Translations under genes and position numbers: made by a program
Shown: positions 7,837 through 18,603 of the stretch, in pieces
Position numbering within the stretch: the stretch's first letter is position 1
How the letters are laid out: the number at the start of each line of letters is the position of its first letter
The notes under the pieces: generated by a model
Seen by the model: the letters and a program-made list of their open reading frames with translations, nothing else
What the model was told of the DNA's origin: nothing
Database searches by the model: none
Source: a virus
IMG/VR virus record: IMGVR_UViG_3300024324_000416
Coordinates: 14,440-78,439 of that record
DNA length: 64,000 nucleotides
Strand: one strand, 5' to 3'

Positions 7837-10716
7837 ATGGCTAGAGACATTAATCTATATGCAGCAAGACTTTTTGGAGAGCACCCAATTGCTACATGGA
7901 CTTTAGATGATATCACCTCTAACGCCTCTTTGCAGTATTTCTCTGACGACTTCCCAGCAATTGTTGCCGACGGCTATACAACAGGTTTGCCTCTTGTTTA
8001 TGGTTCTAGTCAATCAGTTGGGGTAACATCAGACAGCACGGGTATCATTATTGAAACAGAAGATCGGTTATGGTCACAAGTAAAGACATACTCAAATACA
8101 GGATTTGTAGTAGATTGGAAGTTCTGGTACAACGAGAACATTACATTTCAGGAATTGCTAGAGGAAGAGCGTTTCGTAATTGAGTTTGGTGAGGCAGGAA
8201 TTGAGCATAACGGTTACGGCATGTTCACCAACGGTGGCAAATACAACAAATACACATATGAGTTTTGGACCCGCATTAATCCAAGGGTAGATGTTCCTCG
8301 TAAGATCTGGGGCACACTAACTACATTGGACGGCATCTGGGTCAAAGACAATTACATAACTTTAGCAGTAGGAAACAAGTACAAGTCTTTTGCTATCGAA
8401 AATTGGTTTAGGCCAATGCTCTTGAATGTAACATACACATCAAACCAGGCAAGGCTTCTTATAAACGGACAAGAGGTTATCTCTCTTGATCTTAATCCAG
8501 AAGAGTTTAACTTTGATCCTATTAACGATGAGGTGACTGGTGAAGGTCTGCTTGGATTCATGGGATACCCAGAGATTGATTTGTTTGAGGTTGATTGCTT
8601 CTCTATCTTCCCCTACATTGTTCCTGATGAAGTATGTAAACGTAGGTTTGTATGGGGTCAAGGTCTATCCGACGCAGCATCATTCTCCACATTCTTCGAA
8701 AACTCTACCACATACATTGACTGGTCGTTTGCAAATTACGCAACTTCCGCTATCTACCCAGATGTTTTCAATTGGGACACAGGATACATTAGCGGATTGG
8801 TTACAAGCCGTGGATATGTAAAGACACCAAACTACAAACTTCCAGAAATTTTTATCCAGGGTAGAAAGTTAGAAAACTTATACAAAGAAAACCTATTCAA
8901 CAACTCAACAGAAACAGTAAGCCCTGGATTCTCCTTCAAGCCTGAATTTGACTGGACGCAAAACTCATACTTCTACTTTGATAGCATTGAGAAACTAGAG
9001 TCTCCCCCGCAGATTATCTATGGAGTCTTTTCTAAGCATTGGTACGAAACTAGCACCGACCCTCAACCACTTTTCAGATTTGTGAAACGGTATACCGATG
9101 ATGTTATCGACATTGTGATACAGGGAAACAACGTTCACTATATATATAACGGTGATGTAAAGTATTCTTTCCCTGTGCAGGATGATGTTCCCTTTACTGT
9201 GGGTCTTGATTTGAATGCGATTGTAAAAGAGAGTGTTGAGTTTAAGAACTTCCTTACAAGCCTTGCTGATGTTGAGGTGTTTGTTGGTGGTGATGGAGAA
9301 AGCACATTCTCTGGTTTAATTTATCGTGTTGGTCTTAGTGATACAGCAATGGTTGCTCGTGAAGAACTGGTGCAATATTTCCCAAGCGGCATTGCTAATC
9401 CTTATCACAACATGGCTACGTCAAAGGGTACCTATGTCATTAGACCCTTCATAAGATATGGAAACTTCTATCTTGACATTGAGGCAGGAGGATTCTGGGA
9501 GGATGCAATTCCTCTATCTTACTTTGGTAGGAACTTCCAAAAAGATGATGGAACCTACGAATCAAAACTTGACTTGTTGCAACTAAACATCGGGTACGAC
9601 GGATTGTACAAGATTAGAGATAATGGCTATGATGTGGGTGGTAGTGAAATGAAGTGCTACATAACTTTCCAACCATTAGAGGCAAAGAATAATAAGTTGC
9701 TAAGAGAGTTTACATCAACACAAAGCCTACCTAAAAACAGAATAATTGATGTAAGTGGAATGACAGCCCCAGATCTTGCTATTACAAAATTTGAATGGAT
9801 AAATGGTACAGTAGTTGTGCCTCCACAAAATTACGATTCTTGGAAAATAGTTGTACATTTTGATGTTTATGCAGAAGCCGTAATATCTTCTCCATTCTCT
9901 GTAAAACAACTTTCTATGTCCTCGCAGGCGTACAAGGATGAGGCAGAGGTTGGAACTAGGTTCGGGAACAAACTATCATCAACAGACAACTTTGCTATAT
10001 ACAAAGAGAATACACCATATCTATATCTAACAAAAGACAGCGGCATAGAGCCACTAGACGGCCCCGTTAATACGCCAATCAACCCTAACGGTAATTTCCC
10101 ATATTTGGTTGGTAACCTTAATATGTTTATTAAGCCCAATATCCTTATGGATACCGAAAACACCCTGTTCTCTATTGTATCTCGTAACGGAGTAATGGAT
10201 ATAAAGCACAACGGTACTGGTTGGGTGTTGCGTAGAAATGATCTTCCCATTGAGTATGTTGCCCTATATCAGAATGGTGAAGAGGTTACAGAGTTTACAT
10301 TCGATGTAGATAAGTGGACAATGGTGGGCGTGGAGTTTGGTGAACCACTTGACTTCTCTGTCTCTACCTTATATAAGATTATTTTAAATGAGGGGGCAGT
10401 CTATCAAAACATCTCTGTGTCAGCACTATCAGAAACACAGGTAGAGAGCACCGCTATCGTTAGGCTTTGGGAAGGTGTAAGGATTCAGACTTGGGGAGAC
10501 TGGGTTAATGACCCATCTGTTGAAACCTTTGCAGATCTCGTTTCTTCACGAGCATACCTACAGTACCCCGTTGATCCAACACAGATTTATAAGATATTTA
10601 CAGGTGGAAATACCACCAGCGTAGGCTCAGAAGATCCACCACTCAAGGTAGGGGAAATGAACACAACCATGGCTACTGGCGTTGAGTGGAAAACATTTGA
10701 TAGAAGACCTTCATAA
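7837..10716 (+). CDS. Large minor virion protein with LamG/concanavalin-like domains
   Basis: YTYEFWTRI...WFRPMLLNV...LLINGQEV LamG-like pattern; leaderless start 8 nt after TGTGGTATAAT. Confidence 0.55.
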   Translation: MARDINLYAARLFGEHPIATWTLDDITSNASLQYFSDDFPAIVADGYTTGLPLVYGSSQSVGVTSDSTGIIIETEDRLWSQVKTYSNTGFVVDWKFWYNENITFQELLEEERFVIEFGEAGIEHNGYGMFTNGGKYNKYTYEFWTRINPRVDVPRKIWGTLTTLDGIWVKDNYITLAVGNKYKSFAIENWFRPMLLNVTYTSNQARLLINGQEVISLDLNPEEFNFDPINDEVTGEGLLGFMGYPEIDLFEVDCFSIFPYIVPDEVCKRRFVWGQGLSDAASFSTFFENSTTYIDWSFANYATSAIYPDVFNWDTGYISGLVTSRGYVKTPNYKLPEIFIQGRKLENLYKENLFNNSTETVSPGFSFKPEFDWTQNSYFYFDSIEKLESPPQIIYGVFSKHWYETSTDPQPLFRFVKRYTDDVIDIVIQGNNVHYIYNGDVKYSFPVQDDVPFTVGLDLNAIVKESVEFKNFLTSLADVEVFVGGDGESTFSGLIYRVGLSDTAMVAREELVQYFPSGIANPYHNMATSKGTYVIRPFIRYGNFYLDIEAGGFWEDAIPLSYFGRNFQKDDGTYESKLDLLQLNIGYDGLYKIRDNGYDVGGSEMKCYITFQPLEAKNNKLLREFTSTQSLPKNRIIDVSGMTAPDLAITKFEWINGTVVVPPQNYDSWKIVVHFDVYAEAVISSPFSVKQLSMSSQAYKDEAEVGTRFGNKLSSTDNFAIYKENTPYLYLTKDSGIEPLDGPVNTPINPNGNFPYLVGNLNMFIKPNILMDTENTLFSIVSRNGVMDIKHNGTGWVLRRNDLPIEYVALYQNGEEVTEFTFDVDKWTMVGVEFGEPLDFSVSTLYKIILNEGAVYQNISVSALSETQVESTAIVRLWEGVRIQTWGDWVNDPSVETFADLVSSRAYLQYPVDPTQIYKIFTGGNTTSVGSEDPPLKVGEMNTTMATGVEWKTFDRRPS

Positions 10717-10765
10717 TCTGGTCTTGTTCCGTCACGCAAACTATAACTTGTGGTATAATATGGTT

Positions 10766-11125
10766 ATGTCAAATAAAAGGAAAGCACTAAAGAAACCACG
10801 AGTAACTGTAGTAGACGAGAATCCAGGTTGGGGTATTTACGCTTGGAAGAAGGCAGATGGAAGTTTGTTTATGGATGAAGATCATAACCTACTTAACATT
10901 CCATCCCGACAATACGATATGGACAAGATGGCTCAGATTACCAATGCCGCTGCCCATTACGGTGAGCCAGAGGGCAGGCCATACTTTATTCCTGGTATCC
11001 AACGAGCCACAGATGAAGAGTACACAGAACAGCGTGAAAGAATGAAGTCAGGGCTACTACCAACCATGAATGACTTCAACGCAGTTACAGACGCAAAGAA
11101 GGCGGCAGGAATACAAGATGGCTAA
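10766..11125 (+). CDS. Hypothetical protein preceding portal
   Basis: ATG 6 nt after TATAAT (10754-10759); overlaps the portal start. Confidence 0.65.
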   Translation: MSNKRKALKKPRVTVVDENPGWGIYAWKKADGSLFMDEDHNLLNIPSRQYDMDKMAQITNAAAHYGEPEGRPYFIPGIQRATDEEYTEQRERMKSGLLPTMNDFNAVTDAKKAAGIQDG

Positions 11126-12674
11126 TATCGTAGCAAAGACATTTGACTTTGAAGAAGAGGGACCACAGTTTTACGATCCATTCCAAAAGTCTTGGGATGA
11201 GATTAAAGATATGCGTGGCCTAGATACAAACTTCAAGCGTCGTACTTCACGAGTAGTAAAAGGATACCTGGAAGACTCCAAATCACGAGCAACAGGTAGA
11301 GATGACGCTGGTCGAAAGTCACTAAACTCACGGCAGGGAAAGGGTTATGCAACTTTTGATGTTATTCAACCACCCTATGATCTTGTAGAACTAGCAAACT
11401 TCTATGACTCTAACTTTGCTAACCATGCTGCTATTGACGCTAAGGTAGAGAACATCGTTGGTCTTGGTTATGACTGGAAGATGACTTCTGCTACTATGCA
11501 AAAGGTAGAAGATGAGACAGGAGAAAAACTAGACTTTATCCACAGGAAGATTGATCGTTTGAAGGCAACCATGGAAGATTGGTTAGAAAGCCTAAATAAT
11601 GATTCTACATTCACAGGAACAATGGAGCGTGTCCTCACCGATATGCTTGCTACAGGTAATGGATACTTGGAGATCGGTCGAACCACAACAGGCGAGATTG
11701 GATACCTTGGACACGTTCCAGCACCCACAATGCGTGCTCGTCGTTTGCACGATGGATATATCCAGATCGTAGCAGAGAAGGTTGTTTACTTCCGAAAGTT
11801 CGGGGCAACGAATCCAAACCCTGTTACCGATGATCCACGACCCAATGAGATTATTCACTTCAAGGAATACTCACCCCTCAATACTTACTACGGCATCCCT
11901 GATGTTATTTCTGCTTTGCAGGCAATTAAGGGAGAGCAGTTTGCCGCACAATACAACATTGACTATTTTGAAAACAAGGCTGTGCCTCGTTACATCGTAA
12001 CAGTCAAGGGTGCTCAACTATCCCCAGAGAGTGAAGAGCGTCTGTTCCGCTTCCTACAAACAGGGCTAAAGGGACAGAATCACCGTACCTTGTATGTGCC
12101 TCTACCCTCTGATGCCGATGGCAACAAGGTTGATTTTGAAATGCATCCCGTAGAAAACACAGTACAGGATGGATCATTCAAGGACTATCGTAAGCAAAAC
12201 CGTGACGATATCCTAATGGCTCATCAGGTTCCTTTGTCTAAACTAGGTGGTGTGGATGCATCTGCTATTGCTGCTGCTCTTTCTCAAGACCGCACATTCA
12301 AGGAGCAAGTCACCCGCCCAGCCCAACGGCATCTGCAAAAAGCAATCTCTCAAATAACTAAGGAAAAGACAGATGTTGTTGAGTTGATGTTCAAAGAGGC
12401 AACATTGACTGATGAAATTGCTATGTCTCAGATCCACGAGCGTTACCTACGAAACCAAGCAATGACTCCCAATGAGGTTCGTGAGATTCTTGGCTTGCCA
12501 GCACGCAAGGGTAGCGATAAAATGGTTGAAATGTCATCACAACAACAAGCAAGTCAGCGTCAAAATGCAGAAGGAAATTCTGCCCGTCAGCGTGAAAGGA
12601 CAAACTCCCAAAGCGACGGAGTAGCCACAGTAGATGGCAGAAATCCCAAGGGTGAGGGTACTAAAACTGAGTGA
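11118..12674 (+). CDS. Portal protein
   Basis: TGNGYLEI, EIIHFK..SP...YYGIP, YFENKAVP, ILMAHQVP, MTPNEVREILGLP motifs; position before protease. Confidence 0.92.
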   Translation: MANIVAKTFDFEEEGPQFYDPFQKSWDEIKDMRGLDTNFKRRTSRVVKGYLEDSKSRATGRDDAGRKSLNSRQGKGYATFDVIQPPYDLVELANFYDSNFANHAAIDAKVENIVGLGYDWKMTSATMQKVEDETGEKLDFIHRKIDRLKATMEDWLESLNNDSTFTGTMERVLTDMLATGNGYLEIGRTTTGEIGYLGHVPAPTMRARRLHDGYIQIVAEKVVYFRKFGATNPNPVTDDPRPNEIIHFKEYSPLNTYYGIPDVISALQAIKGEQFAAQYNIDYFENKAVPRYIVTVKGAQLSPESEERLFRFLQTGLKGQNHRTLYVPLPSDADGNKVDFEMHPVENTVQDGSFKDYRKQNRDDILMAHQVPLSKLGGVDASAIAAALSQDRTFKEQVTRPAQRHLQKAISQITKEKTDVVELMFKEATLTDEIAMSQIHERYLRNQAMTPNEVREILGLPARKGSDKMVEMSSQQQASQRQNAEGNSARQRERTNSQSDGVATVDGRNPKGEGTKTE

Positions 12675-12734
12675 TGTTAAAATTTTAACAAAAAAATTAA
12701 AACGTTACAAAAATGTGATATAATAGGGTACACT

Positions 12735-13946
12735 ATGGAAAAGGCAAATTTCTCATTAGACAATAATGCTGTACGGGTTTCTATGCCCATCGCCAAGGTA
12801 GATGAAGAAAGGCGAACTGTAAGCGGTTTTGCATCTCTTGATAATCTAGATCGACAAGGCGATATTGTAACAAAGGAAGCATCAGTAAATGCTTTTCACA
12901 ACTTTGCAGGCAATATCCGTGAACAGCATGACGCAAAGAAAGCGGTAGGCAAAATGGTAGACTTCAAGGAAGATACCTATTTTGACTCAGATGCAAATAA
13001 AATGTACGCAGGAGTTTATGTATCTGCTTATATTTCAAAGGGTGCTCAAGACACTTGGGAAAAGATTCTTGACGGCACTCTCACAGGATTTTCTATTGCA
13101 GGTAGTATTGATGAAGAGGACACTATGTATGATGGTGACCTTGAAAAGAGCGTCCGTGTTATCAAAGAGTTTACTCTAAGTGAGTTGTCTCTTGTGGATG
13201 TTCCAGCAAATCAGTTTGCTAACGTTCTATCTATTCAGAAGAACGGCGATGTAACGGGTATGCTTGCTAAGGCACTAATCGAAAATGTGTACTATTGCGG
13301 TCACGATGATGTGGTTCAACTGTCATCTACCGTGAAGTCAGCCTGTCCTCGCTGTAGCGAAGCAATGGAAAACATCGGCTTTGTTGAGTCGAACGACCCC
13401 GACAAGGCACAGATGGTTAAGGGCATTCTAACCACAGTAAGGAAAAATAAGGAGGTAGAGAATATGTCCGAAAATACAGAAGCCACTCCTGAAACCCCCG
13501 AGGCAGTAGAAGAAGCCGTTGGAGAAGTGAAGGCAGAAGTTGAAGAGGCCGTAGAGGAAGTCAAGGAAGTTGTAGAGGAAACAACAGAAGAGGCAACCGA
13601 AGAGCAGGCCGAAGAGATTGATACAGTAGAGATGAAAATCGAGGCATTGACTACAGCAGTAGCCGATATCTCAACACAGATTCTTGAAATCAAGGCTCTT
13701 GCTGATGCAGTTACAAAGGTTTATTCACAGGTATCTGAGGTCTCCAAGGCAGTCGCTACACTTAATAGCGAGTTTGTCACCCTCAGGGCACAAGATCAAG
13801 AGTTTGGAAAGCGTGTTGACGCAGTAGAAAAAGATACTGCTTTCCGAAAGTCTGCTGATTTTGGAGAAATCATGCAGTCTCAGCCAGCAATGGTTGAGAA
13901 ATCACTATGGGACGGTCGTTTCCTCAAGAAGTCCGACCTATTCTAA
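12735..13946 (+). CDS. Prohead protease (HK97-type) fused to a Zn ribbon and coiled-coil scaffold
   Basis: DRQGD, IREQH, GFSIAG, ELSLVDVPAN motifs; CPRC; Glu-rich coiled coil. Confidence 0.88.
   Translation: MEKANFSLDNNAVRVSMPIAKVDEERRTVSGFASLDNLDRQGDIVTKEASVNAFHNFAGNIREQHDAKKAVGKMVDFKEDTYFDSDANKMYAGVYVSAYISKGAQDTWEKILDGTLTGFSIAGSIDEEDTMYDGDLEKSVRVIKEFTLSELSLVDVPANQFANVLSIQKNGDVTGMLAKALIENVYYCGHDDVVQLSSTVKSACPRCSEAMENIGFVESNDPDKAQMVKGILTTVRKNKEVENMSENTEATPETPEAVEEAVGEVKAEVEEAVEEVKEVVEETTEEATEEQAEEIDTVEMKIEALTTAVADISTQILEIKALADAVTKVYSQVSEVSKAVATLNSEFVTLRAQDQEFGKRVDAVEKDTAFRKSADFGEIMQSQPAMVEKSLWDGRFLKKSDLF
13464..13946 (+). CDS. Probable scaffold protein from a nested in-frame start in the protease gene
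   Basis: AAGGAGG at 13449-13455 followed by in-frame ATG 13464, at the start of the acidic coiled coil. Confidence 0.6.
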   Translation: MSENTEATPETPEAVEEAVGEVKAEVEEAVEEVKEVVEETTEEATEEQAEEIDTVEMKIEALTTAVADISTQILEIKALADAVTKVYSQVSEVSKAVATLNSEFVTLRAQDQEFGKRVDAVEKDTAFRKSADFGEIMQSQPAMVEKSLWDGRFLKKSDLF

Positions 13947-13980
13947 ATTACAGAAAAAAAATCAGGAGGTGAATAGAATT

Positions 13981-15321
13981 ATGTCAGACGAAATTACTAC
14001 AGAAGAGTTTTCAGACGTTAGCCTAAAGAAGGCCGCTGGTGATCAGGTACAAGGTGCCGCAGATCGTCAGGGAGTCAACCCAGGTGTTAACCCAGTTCAG
14101 AACGCAACTGGTAACCCAGGCACCACTGAAAACGTTGGTAACCCAAACACACATCACGCATCAGGATACATTGGTGTTGGTGGTGTTGGACAGCAGAACG
14201 ATGGCGAGGCACTTAACTATGGAAACATGGGGCAAGCACTCAATCCTCAGGCAATGGGGGAAGCCAGTCCACTAGATATTAATCCATCTGGTCAGATTGG
14301 TGGTGGTGTCCTTAACCCAGATCAGGCTCGTCAGTTCATTGATTACGTTTGGGATGGAACCGTTCTTGCAAAGGACGGTCGACGCATCACAATGCGTGCA
14401 AACACCGTTGAACTAGAAAAGATCAACGTTGGTCAACGAGTTCTCCGTGCCGCAGCACAGGCTGATGGTTCATACGAGAACGCAGGGGCAACATTCACTA
14501 AGGTAGACCTTTCTACCAAGAAGTTGCGTCTTGACTGGGAGGTTTCAACTGAGGCACTTGAAGATAATATCGAAGGTGCAGCACTAGAAGATCACCTAGT
14601 ACGTTTGATGACAGCAGCATTTGCTAATGACATTGAGGATCTAGCCATTAATGGTGACCTAGGTAAGACTACGGATCCATTCTTGGGTATCATGGACGGT
14701 TTCCATGTACAGGTGCAGAACAAGGCTCACGCAGCAGTTCCACCAGTATTCGCAACCGCCGCAGGTGCCGCAGGTGGCGCAGATACTCTAGATCAGAATG
14801 CACAGCCAGTAGGTGACTGGGATCGTTTCATCAATGAGGGTGGAGCACAAGATCCAGTTGCAGTTGCCGCAGGCGACCCAACATGGGACACCGAGGTCAT
14901 GCAGGAGATCATCCTAGCAATGCCTCGTAAGTACCGTGCCATCAAGAGTGGTCTACGTTTCTACGCAGGTAGCGATACCTTTGCTAAGATCGTGGCTGCT
15001 AATGGCACAGGAACCAACACAGGACAATGGCCTGCTTCCTACGAGTATGCAAACGCATACCTCAATGGAAACGGCCAGGAATTCGGTGGGCCACAGGCTA
15101 CCCGAGTTCTTGGTGTGCCCGTTCTTGAGGTACCTTACTTCCCAGAAGATTACGTTGAACTAACATTCCCACAGAACCGTATCTGGGGAATTCAGCGTGA
15201 TATCACGGTCAACCGTGAGTACCAGAGCAAGAAGGACACAATTGAATACACAGTATTCATGCGGTTCGGTATTGCCTGGGAAGAGTTGGATGCAGTTGCA
15301 TACACCGAGTACACAGCATAA
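13981..15321 (+). CDS. Major capsid protein (HK97 fold)
   Basis: SD AGGAGG; GGVLNPDQARQFI, EALEDNIEG, DIEDLAINGD motifs; position after protease. Confidence 0.9.
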   Translation: MSDEITTEEFSDVSLKKAAGDQVQGAADRQGVNPGVNPVQNATGNPGTTENVGNPNTHHASGYIGVGGVGQQNDGEALNYGNMGQALNPQAMGEASPLDINPSGQIGGGVLNPDQARQFIDYVWDGTVLAKDGRRITMRANTVELEKINVGQRVLRAAAQADGSYENAGATFTKVDLSTKKLRLDWEVSTEALEDNIEGAALEDHLVRLMTAAFANDIEDLAINGDLGKTTDPFLGIMDGFHVQVQNKAHAAVPPVFATAAGAAGGADTLDQNAQPVGDWDRFINEGGAQDPVAVAAGDPTWDTEVMQEIILAMPRKYRAIKSGLRFYAGSDTFAKIVAANGTGTNTGQWPASYEYANAYLNGNGQEFGGPQATRVLGVPVLEVPYFPEDYVELTFPQNRIWGIQRDITVNREYQSKKDTIEYTVFMRFGIAWEELDAVAYTEYTA

Positions 15322-15338
15322 TTCATATGCGCTATGTT

Positions 15339-15362
15339 GGGGGAGGGCTACGGCTCTCCCCC
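15339..15362 (+). terminator. Terminator hairpin after capsid gene
   Basis: GGGGGAGGGC-TACG-GCTCTCCCCC. Confidence 0.7.
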
Positions 15363-15411
15363 TTCAAGCATTTGTGGTATAATAGTGTCAATAGTAGTGA
15401 AGGAGACAACT

Positions 15412-15894
15412 ATGAATTTTAAAGATATGCCAATTCGGGAGTTGCGGGAATACGCAAAGACCAACGGTATTAAGTTGCAGAGCGCAACGAAAAAGGCAGA
15501 CATTGTTGCTATTCTAGAAGCAACAGAGGCACCATCAGAAGAGATCACTTTTGATGCCGAGCCTGAGACCCCTAGTGTCATAACAGCACCTACAGAGGAT
15601 GCTCGTGCAGCACGAGAGCAAGAAGAAATTGATATCCGTCTAGATGAACTCGTCGTAAATGCTAACAAGCCAACCGCACAAGACGACAAGGTTTGTATTT
15701 ACTCTGAGCGTCGTTACTCCTCTTCTAAGTTGGGTAAACTAGATCTAGGGTACAACATCGTAAAGAAAGATCTTGCAGTAATGTGGGTTCGACTTCCAGA
15801 TGTTCGTGCAGCATCTAAGGATGAACTTGCTAGGGCACAGGCTTCTGGTATTAAGCCAGGGCAACTGGTAGGCCCAAAGGGACGTAGAATGTAA
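15412..15894 (+). CDS. Protein with N-terminal Rho-N/HeH-like helix-extension-helix
   Basis: DMPIRELREYAK..GIK...KKADIVAIL; SD AAGGAG; own promoter at 15373-15383. Confidence 0.6.
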   Translation: MNFKDMPIRELREYAKTNGIKLQSATKKADIVAILEATEAPSEEITFDAEPETPSVITAPTEDARAAREQEEIDIRLDELVVNANKPTAQDDKVCIYSERRYSSSKLGKLDLGYNIVKKDLAVMWVRLPDVRAASKDELARAQASGIKPGQLVGPKGRRM

Positions 15895-16874
15895 TGAAGG
15901 TATATCGTAATCCCCCCAAGCCCATAACTGTAACTATTCCAGACGGAAAGCCATTTACAGAATATGATGTTGCTGTTGTAAACAACTTCACAACTTGGGG
16001 GGATGCGATTACCTCAGACGCTTCTGGGAATATTGTCTTTGATCTTCCAGACTATCCATTTAATATGTTTGATGAAACATACGATCTCTCCGTACAAGAG
16101 GTGGCGGCAGGTTACACATGGAATGACTCCAAAACAGACTTTGTAGAAGATTTAACAATTGTTCACCCCTACATAGACCCAAACAATCCAGACTTTGATC
16201 CACAAGGAGAAGAACTTATTCGGGCACTTATTGATGCCATTACTGGTGGATTCTATTACACCCGTATGCCGTTTGAGGGACAGGGGCTAGGTATTGATTT
16301 CTTTGCCCTCCCAGGAATGAACGGTATGGATAATGAGCCATACGCACAAGGGGGATTGTCGGAGATCCTAGACGTATGGGAGAACAACATCCACGTTTAC
16401 AAGAAGTATCCAAAAGAAGGAGAAGAGTGGACAAACTGGAGGTCTTACGAACTGACACAAGACCGCACAGCCGCTACTACGGTGTGGGGAGAGCGTAGGT
16501 TTGAGGCAGGTCATGAGCCAAGGTACAAGCGTCCAAGGTCTGATTCATACAGAAACTATGATCGTCATTCACCATTCTTTCCCAAAAACTTTTACTACAA
16601 CTGGATACTAGGTGGAGGGTACAAGAATGTCCCCGACGACATTATTCTAGCAGCACTAATCCTTTTGCGGAACTGGATTGATACAGGACACATCGGCGGT
16701 AACGTAATGGATGACTACATCAAGGAATACTCCACAGACCAATTCAAGTTAGTGTATGGAGATAGGAGCAAGGCGTTAGGTGGATTTGGTTCTACAGGTA
16801 GTGAGCCTGTTGATATGATCCTAAAGAAATACCTAAACAAGAAGCCACAACTCCGTCGTCTTGGGGTGTTGTAA
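15894..16874 (+). CDS. Head-tail adaptor
   Basis: Position; GYKNVPDDIILAALIL ... VDMILKKY motifs. Confidence 0.65.
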   Translation: MKVYRNPPKPITVTIPDGKPFTEYDVAVVNNFTTWGDAITSDASGNIVFDLPDYPFNMFDETYDLSVQEVAAGYTWNDSKTDFVEDLTIVHPYIDPNNPDFDPQGEELIRALIDAITGGFYYTRMPFEGQGLGIDFFALPGMNGMDNEPYAQGGLSEILDVWENNIHVYKKYPKEGEEWTNWRSYELTQDRTAATTVWGERRFEAGHEPRYKRPRSDSYRNYDRHSPFFPKNFYYNWILGGGYKNVPDDIILAALILLRNWIDTGHIGGNVMDDYIKEYSTDQFKLVYGDRSKALGGFGSTGSEPVDMILKKYLNKKPQLRRLGVL

Positions 16875-17423
16875 ATGGGCGTGCAACTTCCAGCCTTCCT
16901 AGGTGGAATGCAATGCGATGTTTACTATTGTACATACACCTACTTAGATCAAGAGCCAGAGTCAATCCTTGTTCCATCAGGACAGTTTCAAGATGAGTTT
17001 GGCAACCCACTACCACAAGAAAACGTCGTGACTGGTGGTGCGGGGCAGAATGAATACGGTGAGGCAATAAAGGTCTGGTACATGGATAGGACGCAAAAGA
17101 AAGCCTACTGGAACGTCATGGGCACCGTAAATCTCCAAGACCTCTCAGCGGACAGAGAATTTGAATATAAGAAAAGGTTGAATGGTAGGTTTATGGGTGA
17201 TGTAGATCCACGGGTAGATAGTACAGGAGAGTACCACCCATTCACAGATATGATTATTACAAACATCAAGGACACAGCAACAGGAAAGGAACTTCACCTA
17301 AACGAGGACGGTAGCCCTATCATCTTTGAGGTTATGAGTGTTGATCCTTTTATTAATCCTTGGAACGAGATTGAATATTACAAGATGCTATTAGAGCGTG
17401 CCGATGACCAGGGGATGCTATGA
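16875..17423 (+). CDS. Head closure/stopper-like protein
   Basis: Synteny in the connector module; NEYGEAIKVW, IFEVMSVDP. Confidence 0.5.
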   Translation: MGVQLPAFLGGMQCDVYYCTYTYLDQEPESILVPSGQFQDEFGNPLPQENVVTGGAGQNEYGEAIKVWYMDRTQKKAYWNVMGTVNLQDLSADREFEYKKRLNGRFMGDVDPRVDSTGEYHPFTDMIITNIKDTATGKELHLNEDGSPIIFEVMSVDPFINPWNEIEYYKMLLERADDQGML

Positions 17424-18082
17424 TAAGTGTAGATGCAACTGACTTCAATAAAGTAATAAACAATGCTATCCAATACTCAAATGGATTTCTCAATGGTGTA
17501 CAGTCCCAAGAGCAAATGATGTTGCGTCAAATAGCAGAGGTAACAAAGCAAGCATTCTACAAGTATGTTGATTCTTCTGCACGCTTAGATCCAGCATCTT
17601 TGCACCATGTATACGAATGGGGTCAGACTGGAAGCCCAGGTGCTCGTCTGTTTGATCTTGACGCATTCATTGGTTCTGGTTTCATTAGGTTTGTATCCAA
17701 GTTTCTACCAAGTGAGTCAATCCCACCAACAGGAAATACCCCATTTTACGACAAAGCACGAATCATGGAAGAGGGTATTGCTGTAACGATTGAGCCACAA
17801 GAGGGTAGTGTTCTTGCTTTTGAGGGGGAAGATGGAGAGATGGTTTTTACCCCCAATAGTGTAACAGTACAAAGTCCAGGCGGTCCAGAGACAGAGGGTG
17901 GATATGAGCAGGTGTTCCGTGAGTTCTTCAACAATTATCTAGACAGAGTTTTGGTACAGGAATTGCTAAGAGACTTTTCAACAGCAGACGAGTTTTTTCG
18001 TGGATGGAGAAGGGGCATGTCTTATTCATCTGGTAAAAGGCAAGGCAAGAAGTATGCTACAATTAAGGGAGGTATTGGATAA
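17420..18082 (+). CDS. Neck/tail-completion protein
   Basis: Synteny; coupled by overlaps. Confidence 0.5.
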   Translation: MISVDATDFNKVINNAIQYSNGFLNGVQSQEQMMLRQIAEVTKQAFYKYVDSSARLDPASLHHVYEWGQTGSPGARLFDLDAFIGSGFIRFVSKFLPSESIPPTGNTPFYDKARIMEEGIAVTIEPQEGSVLAFEGEDGEMVFTPNSVTVQSPGGPETEGGYEQVFREFFNNYLDRVLVQELLRDFSTADEFFRGWRRGMSYSSGKRQGKKYATIKGGIG

Positions 18083-18603
18083 TGGCATTAAAAGATATGG
18101 TTCCTATGGTTCCAGCGGTACCCGTTAATAGATACCTTTGGAGCAAAATAGCAGAACTAGACCCAGACTTTGTTTTAGAATACAATGGCGTACAGCCATT
18201 CTTTCCCCTTGGCGAGAGTGCATCTGGCGGTACTCCTTGGGAAGAGTTGCCTACATTTGTATATGACCGAATGATGGTTATCAATCCTAACCCATTCTAC
18301 CCCATCAAGAAGGAGCAGATCCACTACGCTCTCAAAGCAAATCCATCAGACTCTATGGCCCTAGGTTCTGCCGTACAGTACATTCTTGACGGCATGGACG
18401 ATGTAGCACAGGATATCAATGCTTACAATAAGGACAAGGACTACGGAATCTTCTTCCATCACGTTCGGGTATTCCAAACCTCTACGCAGATCTCAAGTTC
18501 AGGGGCACAGAGGAACTACACCACAAGTCAGTATTATGTAAGTAAGTTCATCATTGAAACAGAATTTCATTACAATGAACGCAAAGCATTGCTTAACCGA
18601 TAA
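18082..18603 (+). CDS. Tail terminator-like protein
   Basis: Lies immediately before the major tail protein. Confidence 0.5.
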   Translation: MALKDMVPMVPAVPVNRYLWSKIAELDPDFVLEYNGVQPFFPLGESASGGTPWEELPTFVYDRMMVINPNPFYPIKKEQIHYALKANPSDSMALGSAVQYILDGMDDVAQDINAYNKDKDYGIFFHHVRVFQTSTQISSSGAQRNYTTSQYYVSKFIIETEFHYNERKALLNR

